Below, in pieces: positions 19,097 through 27,697 of a DNA stretch of 64,000 bases. How positions within the stretch are numbered: the first letter of the stretch is position 1; every line of letters starts with the position of its first letter. The DNA lies in the NCBI GenBank assembly GCA_030600555.1, contig JAUVLW010000002.1, forward strand, positions 1,335-65,334. Reading direction: 5' to 3'. A model generated the notes under the pieces. The model saw nothing but the letters and a program-made list of their open reading frames with translations, was not told where the DNA came from and did no database searches. Source of the stretch: Candidatus Aenigmatarchaeota archaeon. GTDB taxonomy: Archaea; Aenigmatarchaeota; Aenigmatarchaeia; QMZS01. A program made the position numbers and the translations under genes.

Positions 19097-20134
19097 ATGA
19101 AAGGTCAATCCATCGTTGTTTATTTTGTTGGAAGTTTTGTTGCGATAATGTTGGTGATGGGTATTATGTGGAGCGTTCAGGAAGTTATTGGCAGAACTGT
19201 TGTAATTTATGTTGCTCATGATCAGGACTACAGCGAACCTATTTTGAAAGAATTTGAAGAAAAAACAGGAATGAAAATCAAGATTAAATATGATACTGAA
19301 CTAACAAAAACTGTTGGGTTGGTTAACCGATTAATCGCTGAAAAAGATAATCCCCGTGCAGATGTTTTCTGGAATAATGAAATAAGCAGGTCAATACAAT
19401 TAAAGGACGAATTTATATCTAAACCTTATTGTTCTATAAGCAGCATAAATATTTCTGAAAAATACAAAGATCAGGAGTGTTACTGGACAGGGTTTGCGGC
19501 AAGAGCAAGAGTTATAATTTATAACACAGAGCTGGTTACTGAAACCGAAGCCCCGAAATCAATTTTCGAACTCACAGATGAAAAATGGAAAGGAAAAGTC
19601 TGCATTGCAAATCCTCTGTTTGGCACAACAGGTTCTCAGGTGGCTGCGTTGTTTGCAATAATGGGCGATGAATCAGCAAAGGAATTTCTGTTAAATTTAA
19701 AAAAGAATGAAATTCAAATAGTGTCAAGTAATTCAATGGTAAGAGATCAGGTTGTTGCGGGGGAGTGTTGGGTTGGAATTACTGATACGGATGATGCAAA
19801 TGATGCGATTGTTGATGGAAAACCTGTGAAAATGGTATTTCCTGACCAGACTCTGGAACAAACAGGAACTCTAATAATCCCAAATTCCGTAATGTTAATC
19901 AATGGGGCGCCTCATGAGGAAAACGGGAAAATATTGATAGATTACCTACTTTCAAAAGAAGTTGAGAAAAAACTTTCAGAAACAAAAGCAATGCAGATGC
20001 CAACAAGAGATGTTGAAACTCCTGAGAATGTGCCAAAATTAAGCGAACTCAAAGGATTGTCTGTGAGTGATTATCAGATTTTTGAAAAATTGAATGTTTC
20101 AAGAGAATTTGTACAAAATGAGTTTATCGAGTAA
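19097..20134 (+). CDS. ABC-transporter substrate-binding protein (Fe3+/FbpA-like, SBP family 1) with N-terminal membrane anchor
   Basis: N-terminal TM followed by VVIYVAHDQDYSEPILKEFEEKTGMKIKIKYD, typical of iron(III)-binding periplasmic proteins. No permease or ATPase genes are adjacent. Confidence 0.6.
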   Translation: MKGQSIVVYFVGSFVAIMLVMGIMWSVQEVIGRTVVIYVAHDQDYSEPILKEFEEKTGMKIKIKYDTELTKTVGLVNRLIAEKDNPRADVFWNNEISRSIQLKDEFISKPYCSISSINISEKYKDQECYWTGFAARARVIIYNTELVTETEAPKSIFELTDEKWKGKVCIANPLFGTTGSQVAALFAIMGDESAKEFLLNLKKNEIQIVSSNSMVRDQVVAGECWVGITDTDDANDAIVDGKPVKMVFPDQTLEQTGTLIIPNSVMLINGAPHEENGKILIDYLLSKEVEKKLSETKAMQMPTRDVETPENVPKLSELKGLSVSDYQIFEKLNVSREFVQNEFIE

Positions 20135-20155
20135 TATTTATAAGATATTGTGTAA

Positions 20156-20479
20156 ATGAGACCTATATATAGTAAAGAATCTGTTTTGGAGTCTTCAATA
20201 AGGATAAGAGATATTTTGGATTCTTCAGAGTATCCTTTAACAAGAAAGGAAATAAAACAGAGGTATGAGCAAACCTATAGATACACTGACAGAGCCTATG
20301 ATAAAGCAATGGTTGAGCTTTCAAATAATAACCGGTGTACGGTAAAGGATTTATTGGAGGAATATCCCCAGGCAAGAATACCCTCAGAGATAAATCCAGG
20401 TACGGGGATATATTTTACAGGAAAAAACCAAATAGAAAATTGGGTTGATGGAAATAGAAGGATTGGTTTAAAGAAATAG
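20156..20479 (+). CDS. Hypothetical protein
   Basis: 107-aa ORF. No motif recognised. Confidence 0.35.
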   Translation: MRPIYSKESVLESSIRIRDILDSSEYPLTRKEIKQRYEQTYRYTDRAYDKAMVELSNNNRCTVKDLLEEYPQARIPSEINPGTGIYFTGKNQIENWVDGNRRIGLKK

Positions 20480-20557
20480 GAACAACCTTATAATTAGGTT
20501 TAAAGGGCTAACTCTGGCTTTTGGTGTTTATATAGTCTATATAATTAAACAAGTATT

Positions 20558-21889
20558 ATGAGGAAAAACATTAATTTATTTATCTTTATTTTGGTTATTC
20601 TTTGTTCAATTAGTTCGGTTTATGGACTTGAAACCCTAAATATTCAGCAGGGAGAGCATAAAGAATTATCATTCGAAATTAACAATACTTATAATGAAGA
20701 ACTCAGGTATTCTATTTATTCTATTGGGTGGTATCCTTGGATATTTTTCTCATATTCCCAGATTTTAATTCAGCCCGGAGAATCAAAAAATATTTCTGTG
20801 TTTTTGCAACCAAGTGTAATTATCGAAGAAGGTGAATATTATATCAAATTAATTGCAAAATCACGGAAGGATGAGATTGAAAAATATCTAAAAATTATTG
20901 TCAGTGATTTAAAGAAACCTGAGGTTAAAGAATTTGTTTGTGATGGCAAAAATTTAGGTTTGGTTGTTGAGTCTGAGGAAGAATTTGGATTGTTCCTTGA
21001 TATTTATAAAGAAAACCGTTTGATAAAAAGAATAGAAGAAAATATTTCTATTGGAGAAAACAGTTTTACTTTTCCTTTGGATTCTGAATATGGAGATTAT
21101 GTGGCAGAAGCCAGTTTTTTAAAAGGGGTTGTGGTGGTTGATAGGATAAATAAATCATATTCCATCCAATATTTTGAAGGCGATAAACAGGAATCAAATA
21201 TAGTTGAAAGCAGAAGCGACTGGAATTATTATCTTGTTTCTGGTTCTAGGATAGTGTTTGATAATAGAGGGTCGATAACCGAAAATAAAAAATATTCTGT
21301 GCTTGTTGATAAATCACAGGATTCTTTTTTCAAAGCAACAGATTATAAAGATAAATTGGTTGAAGGTGATTCTTATAAATATATATGGGAATTTGTGCTG
21401 TTGCCAAATCAAAAATATGTGATTTCTCATTCTTATAATTATTCTTTGTTTCTGATAATTTGTTTGGCAATAACCTTCTTTATTATTTTGTTAAGTTTGT
21501 CGCTCAGAAGAGAAGTAAAAGTAAAAAAATTCCTTGTGAGGAGAATAAATAAATTGGAAGACGGGAAAGAAGTTGGGGTTTGTATCGAAGTTATAAACAA
21601 AACAAAACATGAATTAAACAATGTATTGGTTGAAGATTATATTCAACCTATTTTTAAATTGAACAAAGAATTCAGCGGAATAAGACCAGATAAGATTATG
21701 AAAATAGGCGCAAAAAATAAATTAGTATGGAAAGTTTCGCGATTTGAGCCAAGAGAAACAAGAGTATTTTCATACAAAATTACTCCAAGGATTGGATTAA
21801 TGGAAACTTATTCATTTTCCCTTGCAAAGGTGAGATATAAAATAAAGGATTTGGTGAAGATGGTTTTCTCGAACCAGATAACAATTTAA
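20558..21889 (+). CDS. Hypothetical surface/membrane protein (signal peptide plus one internal TM)
   Basis: N-terminal signal-like hydrophobic segment, TM at about aa 295-315 (LFLIICLAITFFIILLSL), beta-rich ectodomain composition. Confidence 0.45.
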   Translation: MRKNINLFIFILVILCSISSVYGLETLNIQQGEHKELSFEINNTYNEELRYSIYSIGWYPWIFFSYSQILIQPGESKNISVFLQPSVIIEEGEYYIKLIAKSRKDEIEKYLKIIVSDLKKPEVKEFVCDGKNLGLVVESEEEFGLFLDIYKENRLIKRIEENISIGENSFTFPLDSEYGDYVAEASFLKGVVVVDRINKSYSIQYFEGDKQESNIVESRSDWNYYLVSGSRIVFDNRGSITENKKYSVLVDKSQDSFFKATDYKDKLVEGDSYKYIWEFVLLPNQKYVISHSYNYSLFLIICLAITFFIILLSLSLRREVKVKKFLVRRINKLEDGKEVGVCIEVINKTKHELNNVLVEDYIQPIFKLNKEFSGIRPDKIMKIGAKNKLVWKVSRFEPRETRVFSYKITPRIGLMETYSFSLAKVRYKIKDLVKMVFSNQITI

Positions 21890-21920
21890 CGGGAAACTGA
21901 GATGGTATACTGTTCAGGGG

Positions 21921-22175
21921 GTGGTGGAATTTGTATGTCCTTTTTTAAGTTGCACAAAAGTGCCTAATTTTGAATATATTTCTGATGAAGATAGTAATGT
22001 AATTGATAAATATTTCACAAAGATAGAGCAGGATATTGTGGGTGGCAAGACTCTTGTAAATACTTTTAATGAACTTTCGCAATATATGCGGAAATCAGAT
22101 GATTTACAATTAAGAGCTTTGGGAAGTCAAATTGGTTTTACTGCAAGTATGATGAGAAAATATAATTCCAGATAG
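21921..22175 (+). CDS. Hypothetical protein
   Basis: 84-aa ORF. No motif recognised. Confidence 0.3.
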   Translation: MVEFVCPFLSCTKVPNFEYISDEDSNVIDKYFTKIEQDIVGGKTLVNTFNELSQYMRKSDDLQLRALGSQIGFTASMMRKYNSR

Positions 22176-22270
22176 ATTTAGAAATTTATATCAAAAATAT
22201 TTAATTTTAGAATAGGGTCAATTTTATTTGTTGGTTGTTGAATGTTTCTTCAAATGTTCCGGAACTGAAA

Positions 22271-22516
22271 TTATTTGTTTTGTTTTTGTCCTACAACAAT
22301 ATCCACAACATAAGCTTTTCCTCTTGTGCTGCTAACCTCCCCTATCAGCCCGTGATATCTTGGATGAGGGTAATTTTGGGAGCTTGAGTCTATTTTAATT
22401 ACAACCTTCTCGCCAACCTCGAATTTTTTAAGGTATTTGGTGATTCCTTCTTTCTTTTTATCTCTTATCAGTTTATTTCTTGATTTGCTGATTTTTCCGT
22501 GTCCAAACCTTGCCAT
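22271..22516 (-). CDS. rpl21e: 50S ribosomal protein L21e
   Basis: MARFGHGKISKSRNKLIRDKKKEG...YPHPRYHGLIGEV is the conserved L21e N-terminus and core. Confidence 0.85.
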   Translation of the reverse strand: MARFGHGKISKSRNKLIRDKKKEGITKYLKKFEVGEKVVIKIDSSSQNYPHPRYHGLIGEVSSTRGKAYVVDIVVGQKQNK

Positions 22517-22548
22517 AATATAGAATAAAATAAATTTAAATTAACATT

Positions 22549-23808
22549 ATGCGGTTGTTAAGTAGATTTTTTAAGAAAAAAGAGGAAATATCAACAAAAG
22601 ACCTGAATTTTGATGAAATTGGCAGTTTTGTGGACGAAGAATTTAGAGATAAGAAACAGGAACTTTTGAAGGTATCTGAAAAATTCCGAAAGTCTTTGGT
22701 TAATCAGCTCGATTCACTGGAAGGTCTTTTCAAGAAACTTCTGGATTCTGATTTTGAACCTGTTATTTTACAGGATAAAAGAGATATTTCAAATATTGTT
22801 GAAACCAGTAAAAAGAATTATTGTTCTAATTCAGAAAAATTAATTGTCCGGGTGGTGGATTCCTTAAATGAAAAACCTTCACCTTTTAAAATAAAATCAA
22901 TTGTTTTAGAGACTTTCAACAAATTAAATAATTTTTCAAGAGAAGCTCTTATTCTTTTACACCCTTTTGGGAAAGATATGAAGTGCATAGCTTCTGGGTT
23001 GAAAGAATTTAAGAAAGAAATAGATAATTTTGAATCGTTTCTTAATTCAGATTACAAACTCATTTCTGATGTGGAAGAAGCGGAAAGAATTGTTTATAAA
23101 ATAAATCATCTTGAAGAGAATAAGATTAAATCTGGTAAAAGAAAAGTTGAATTGGATAAAAAGACAACTGAGTTAAAAAAAGAGATGAAAACCCAGAATT
23201 TAAAACTTTCTGAGCTGGTTTCTTCAAAGGAATCAAGAAATCTCGCAAAACTTGAAAAACAACAAAAAGAATTTGAGTTGCAATCAGAGAAACTTATGGC
23301 GGATGCAACGCAATTAGTCTCCAGGGTCAGCAGACAGATTAAAGGATACATTCATAATTGCAAACCCGATAAAGAACAAATAATAAAAATTGAAAATTTT
23401 CTTGATAATCCTGAATTATTGCTCCAAAAATCTAATTTTTTTGTAGATGTGATTGAGAATGTAAAAAAAGACCTTGATAAAATAGAACCAGACGAAAAAA
23501 AAAGAAAGAAATTTTTGAGTATTGAAGAAAACATAAAAGATTTAATAAAAGAAACCCAGATAAAACATAAAGAAATTTCCAATAAACTTATTGAAAATAT
23601 CGCAGCCATAAAAGAATTAAAACCCAGATTAACAACTGAAAAATTTGAGAAGAATCTTAAAAAATTGGATGAAAATATGAATCAATTGGACGAAGAAAAG
23701 AAAAATATTAAATTGGAATCTAGTGGGGATGTAGGAGAATTATTAAATGAACTTGAAAAAGTATTGTCTTCTATTTCAAATAAGGAAATAAGAATTAATA
23801 AAAAGTAG
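22549..23808 (+). CDS. Hypothetical K/E-rich coiled-coil protein
   Basis: 419 aa, strongly heptad-like K/E/L composition. No catalytic motif. Confidence 0.45.
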   Translation: MRLLSRFFKKKEEISTKDLNFDEIGSFVDEEFRDKKQELLKVSEKFRKSLVNQLDSLEGLFKKLLDSDFEPVILQDKRDISNIVETSKKNYCSNSEKLIVRVVDSLNEKPSPFKIKSIVLETFNKLNNFSREALILLHPFGKDMKCIASGLKEFKKEIDNFESFLNSDYKLISDVEEAERIVYKINHLEENKIKSGKRKVELDKKTTELKKEMKTQNLKLSELVSSKESRNLAKLEKQQKEFELQSEKLMADATQLVSRVSRQIKGYIHNCKPDKEQIIKIENFLDNPELLLQKSNFFVDVIENVKKDLDKIEPDEKKRKKFLSIEENIKDLIKETQIKHKEISNKLIENIAAIKELKPRLTTEKFEKNLKKLDENMNQLDEEKKNIKLESSGDVGELLNELEKVLSSISNKEIRINKK

Positions 23809-24092
23809 CCCCGCGCGGATTCGAATACCGCCGAACTTCAAAAAACACTCGTCGTTCCAACAGTGCAAGCGTTTCCTTTGGAAACGATGCATCATTTGCT
23901 TTGCAAATAAATGCCTCATTTTGCTTTGCAAAATGAAAGTTCGATCATTTACCCTATCTTCGATTTCGTCTCAATAGGCTTTCCGCGGTCACAGGATCCA
24001 GGGTCCTATATGCCTAACCCTCTCCTTGTTTCATAAAATGACTTTTTTCGTTCATTCAATCAAAGAAAGCTTGGCCACTACACTACGGGGCT
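23806..24092 (-). tRNA. tRNA-Gln (anticodon CUG) with two non-canonical introns (~57 nt in the D-arm, ~157 nt at T-stem/T-loop junction 53/54)
   Basis: Hand fold on the minus strand: A1-U72 acceptor AGCCCCG/CGGGGCT with discriminator A, the archaeal tRNA-Gln hallmark. D-arm GTGT-AGTGGCCAA-GCAT split by an intron. Anticodon arm TAGGA-CCCTGGA-TCCTG (position 33 is C, which is unusual). Variable TGAC. T-stem CGCGG...CCGCG with the long intron before the TTCGAAT loop. The 3' end overlaps the TAG stop of the upstream CDS. Confidence 0.55.
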
Positions 24093-24120
24093 ATAATTTA
24101 CTTTTGTAATTTACTTTAAT

Positions 24121-24642
24121 ATGGGCTGCGGGATATTGATGGTGGTTGCTCCGAAGAATTTTAGAGATGAGGAATTTATGATACCCAAACAGATTTTTGA
24201 GGGCTCAGGACTTGAGGTTACTGTGGCTTCTAAAGGCGTGAAAAAGGCAACTGGGATGTTTAGCGTAACCACAGAGGTCAATAAAGATATTGTAGAAATT
24301 GATGTGGCTGATTATGATGTTATTGTGTTTGTTGGGGGGAGCGGTTCTTCAATATATTATGAAGACAAAGCTGCTTTGGGATTGGCTAAACAGTTCTATG
24401 AAAATGGCAAAGTTACTGCGGCAATATGCATTGCTCCAGGCATTTTGGCAAAAGCAGGAATTTTAAATGGAAAAAAAGCAACAATTTGGGACTCTGGAGA
24501 TGGGACTTTTATAAAAATACTGGAGGGTGGAGGAGCAAAGTACACAGGAGCAGATGTTGAACAGGAGGGTAAAGTTGTAACGGCAAATGGACCTCAGGCA
24601 GCAAAAGAGTTTGCTGAGAAAATAATTGAACTTTTAGATTGA
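24121..24642 (+). CDS. DJ-1/PfpI family protein (intracellular protease/deglycase-like)
   Basis: 173 aa with the nucleophile-elbow motif AAICIAPGILAKAG. Confidence 0.85.
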   Translation: MGCGILMVVAPKNFRDEEFMIPKQIFEGSGLEVTVASKGVKKATGMFSVTTEVNKDIVEIDVADYDVIVFVGGSGSSIYYEDKAALGLAKQFYENGKVTAAICIAPGILAKAGILNGKKATIWDSGDGTFIKILEGGGAKYTGADVEQEGKVVTANGPQAAKEFAEKIIELLD

Positions 24643-24800
24643 TTTTATATTTTTAATTATTGAATTTTCTGAAGTTTTGCTTTGAGGATATAATTTATAT
24701 TCTCCAGTGTTGTTAAAATTTGGAATCTAACCCACTTCAATTTAAAAATACCACTCAGAAATTTTAATTAATCGAACTTGAAGATTAATATTTAGAATAA

Positions 24801-25148
24801 TTATCCTGCTGGATTAGCCCCTTGAATAAAACCCATTAATTTTTTCTGATTTTCTTCCATTTCTGATTTTAATTTTTCTTCTTTTGTATTGACCTGTTTT
24901 TCTCTTACAACCAACATTTCTTTTTCTTCATCAAGTTCTTCCTGTATTTTGTCTTTATCTGTTTTAACAAGAATCCCCCCAACTTCTTTATATATCTCGG
25001 TTTTGTCTTTGATTTCTTTAAGAGCTTCTTCTATTTCCATCTTTTGCATTCCCTGGTTTTGTTTTTGCATAATAATCTCTTGCAATTCCTGGTTTTGCAT
25101 TTGTACTTTCATCAGTAAATCCTGAGCTTCTTTAGGTAGTTCTGTCAT
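24801..25148 (-). CDS. pfdB: Prefoldin beta subunit
   Basis: 115 aa, two coiled-coil halves around a central beta hairpin, typical PfdB length and composition. Confidence 0.8.
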   Translation of the reverse strand: MTELPKEAQDLLMKVQMQNQELQEIIMQKQNQGMQKMEIEEALKEIKDKTEIYKEVGGILVKTDKDKIQEELDEEKEMLVVREKQVNTKEEKLKSEMEENQKKLMGFIQGANPAG

Positions 25149-25174
25149 ATTTATAATAGGATTTAAATATTATT

Positions 25175-25498
25175 ATGCTTGGACTGGATTTAATTTTTGG
25201 AATTAATAGGCGAGTTAGAGGTTTACGAAGAAAGTGGTGCAGATACAGGCTAAGAGCTTTAAGATTGGAGGGTTCTTCTAAAAGCAGGATTTTAAATCAA
25301 CTGGATAGCGTAGAGCAGGAGTTAAGAACCCTGGAAGGTCAGGATTTAAGGAGACTTGACAGGAATAGAATTGCTGCATCTGTTGAACATGGGTTAAAGA
25401 ATGTATATAATGAATTATCCAGTAAAAAGAGAAAAACAGAGGCAGCGGAAGAAAAAAGAATAAGTGAACTTGAGACTGAATTGAGAGAGTATAAATAA
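25175..25498 (+). CDS. Hypothetical Arg/Glu-rich coiled-coil protein
   Basis: 107-aa ORF. The coding strand is markedly purine-rich relative to its surroundings. No motif recognised. Confidence 0.35.
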   Translation: MLGLDLIFGINRRVRGLRRKWCRYRLRALRLEGSSKSRILNQLDSVEQELRTLEGQDLRRLDRNRIAASVEHGLKNVYNELSSKKRKTEAAEEKRISELETELREYK

Positions 25499-25538
25499 GA
25501 GAATTAATAGAATAATAAAACCAAAATGATAGATATTT

Positions 25539-27638
25539 ATGAGGAAGTGGGTTATTTTATTTTTAGGGTTTTTTTTTGTTCTTGGAATTTTTGCTCAGAT
25601 TGGGTTTTGCGAAGATGGTGGAGAAGATGAATGTGAATCGGATTGTAGTGGTTGTGAGTGTAGTAGTTGCGAAGGTTGTGTTTCTTATGGTTGTGATGAT
25701 GCTTGTGGTGTTGGCAGTCTCACTTCTTCAACTGATAAATTAATTTGGTATCATGCCAATAATCAACAAAACTCATATACTTTCAATTCTAAACAATATT
25801 ATAGTTTAACTAAAACCTTTACAAATAGGAAATATAATTGTGTAAGTTGTGGGTCTTGTGGAGATGGTTGTGGCGGAACTTGTTGCACGGATTATTGTGA
25901 TAAATGCACTTCAAATTTAATAAATTGTAAAAATTGGCAAGAATGTTATGACGATGATAATTCGGGATGTCTGGATGGTTCAACAGGATGTGAATGTGTG
26001 GATGAATATTGCGCTGGTTGGTGTATGGACAATGCTCAGGTATATGATGGATTGGCAAGTTGCACCGCTGCAAGTAATGGGGATTGGGTGATACCATCAT
26101 TTCCAAAACCCCCAGAATATATATTAAATACAAATTATCACTCTGCAAGTATGGGTGGGGGATGTTATTGCAATTATTATGAAATCAAAAATCATCATGA
26201 ATGCGATTCCGTTAATATTAAAGATTCTCATCCATGTCAATCAAGCAATTGCGCCCCGGATTTTATCCAAGGGGGTGATTATTGTTGTCCTTCCGGACAA
26301 TGTGCTCATTTAGGTTTGGATGTTGATATTTTAAATGGATTGCTTAGAAACAACAACCTTGCGGATAGTGTAGATCCTGATTTATATTGTTATTCTAATG
26401 GAGCGGTTATACAGTACCAGGGAGATTCCTTAAAATGCATCAATAGTGTGTGGAATTTTGTTACAGGTGATATTGAGGATTTTACAGATAATTGCGGGAA
26501 AACAATATATAATTTCCCTTTATTTTTTAATAACTATCCTGTATACCCAAATTCGGATAATCCTTTTTCAGGGTACAAGAACACTTACTTAGCGCACCCA
26601 CTTTCATTTCCTGGAAAAACAAAAGATATCATTGCATATATTCTACCAAATAGGGATTTTGTTAAAATACAAATTTCAAAAACCTTTTTTGATTTAGGCA
26701 CAGTTGGTGATGGAGATAATAAACTCATTCAACAATATAAGGATAGCGCCATTGTAAAATTCTCTTTATCAGAAGATATACAGGGAGAAATGTTTGATTA
26801 TTATATTGGTTGTTATACACCAAAAGGTTATGAATGCAATTATCTTTTTGATGAGTGTTGGTCAAATTCTTATTGTTCTCAGGACAATCCTTCAAATACT
26901 GCGAGTGAGGATAACGATGAAAATAAATATTATTGTTGCCCTAAAGGAACCTGCGCTCATAAAGATTCTGGTATTGAAGCAAGTTGTTATGATGAAGGTG
27001 GACACGAATTTAGCATAGATGGGAAAACTTGTTTATGGGAATGTAAGGATGAGATATGGGGTAAGAGAGATGAAGGGGAATTATGTTCCCGTGATTGTGA
27101 TTGCGCTGATTTGGAGAATATAAACAAAGAACTTTTTTGTAAAACCACTTTATATAATAAGAGCGATAAGATATGTTGTCCTGAAGGAAAATGCGGATTA
27201 AAAACCGGAGTATGTGTCGAAGAGAATGGTGTGGCTCAATCCGGCGAGTATAAAAACTGCGTGTGTCAGGGAGGAACTTGGCATTGTAAGAATATTCTTG
27301 TTAAAAATAAGAATTCGAGAATATTATTTTCAGAAGGTCTGAATACTTATAAGACAAGTTTAAAGTTAAATACTTATTTAGATAAACCCGCGCATATAAC
27401 TACAATGGTTTTCTTTGATAAAAAAAATTATAATGGAAACGTAAAAATAACAGGAACCGGTGATTGCGATATAGATAAAACTATTACTCTAGATGAGATA
27501 AATAATATTTTTGAGGAATCTATATCATCCGAAGAATATACATGCGAACTTGAAATAACCGCCCCCGATTTATTAGAAGGCCAGTATTTCTTTTACACAG
27601 GAAGTGCATTGATTTTAGAATATACTGCTTTGATTTAA
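25539..27638 (+). CDS. Large secreted cysteine-rich repeat protein
   Basis: Signal peptide followed by extremely Cys-dense segments (CESDCSGCECSSCEGC...). At least three copies of a CCP-x-G-x-C-(A/G)-(H/L) motif: DYCCPSGQCAHLG, YYCCPKGTCAHKD, ICCPEGKCGLKTG. Confidence 0.6.
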   Translation: MRKWVILFLGFFFVLGIFAQIGFCEDGGEDECESDCSGCECSSCEGCVSYGCDDACGVGSLTSSTDKLIWYHANNQQNSYTFNSKQYYSLTKTFTNRKYNCVSCGSCGDGCGGTCCTDYCDKCTSNLINCKNWQECYDDDNSGCLDGSTGCECVDEYCAGWCMDNAQVYDGLASCTAASNGDWVIPSFPKPPEYILNTNYHSASMGGGCYCNYYEIKNHHECDSVNIKDSHPCQSSNCAPDFIQGGDYCCPSGQCAHLGLDVDILNGLLRNNNLADSVDPDLYCYSNGAVIQYQGDSLKCINSVWNFVTGDIEDFTDNCGKTIYNFPLFFNNYPVYPNSDNPFSGYKNTYLAHPLSFPGKTKDIIAYILPNRDFVKIQISKTFFDLGTVGDGDNKLIQQYKDSAIVKFSLSEDIQGEMFDYYIGCYTPKGYECNYLFDECWSNSYCSQDNPSNTASEDNDENKYYCCPKGTCAHKDSGIEASCYDEGGHEFSIDGKTCLWECKDEIWGKRDEGELCSRDCDCADLENINKELFCKTTLYNKSDKICCPEGKCGLKTGVCVEENGVAQSGEYKNCVCQGGTWHCKNILVKNKNSRILFSEGLNTYKTSLKLNTYLDKPAHITTMVFFDKKNYNGNVKITGTGDCDIDKTITLDEINNIFEESISSEEYTCELEITAPDLLEGQYFFYTGSALILEYTALI

Positions 27639-27697
27639 ATATTTTTTGAATAACTGCAAATTTCCAGACCTTAGATATTTATTTTATACCAGTAAGT

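Noticed and set aside
23806-24092. Considered whether this ~290-nt structured, GC-rich non-coding stretch could be SRP (7S) RNA or RNase P RNA
   Set aside because: None of the conserved motifs is present: no AGGAAAGUCC/ACNRAA for RNase P and no GGUCC-GNAR-GGAAGCAGC helix-8 pattern for SRP. The ends and internal blocks instead assemble cleanly into a tRNA-Gln with introns.
24889-25125. 78-aa Ser/Cys-rich ORF overlapping prefoldin on the opposite strand
   Set aside because: Antisense shadow of the well-supported prefoldin beta gene, with low-complexity composition.
25819-26148. 109-aa and 74-aa ORFs (25819-26148 minus strand; 26794-27018) and many other 60-175 aa ORFs on the opposite strand of long genes (e.g. 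4147-4434, 8751-9008, 14876-15310, 27858-28385, 33219-33743, 55609-55992)
   Set aside because: They lie entirely inside and antisense to, or out of frame with, well-supported longer CDSs. They have low-complexity or homopolymeric amino-acid composition and are typical shadow ORFs of an AT-rich genome.
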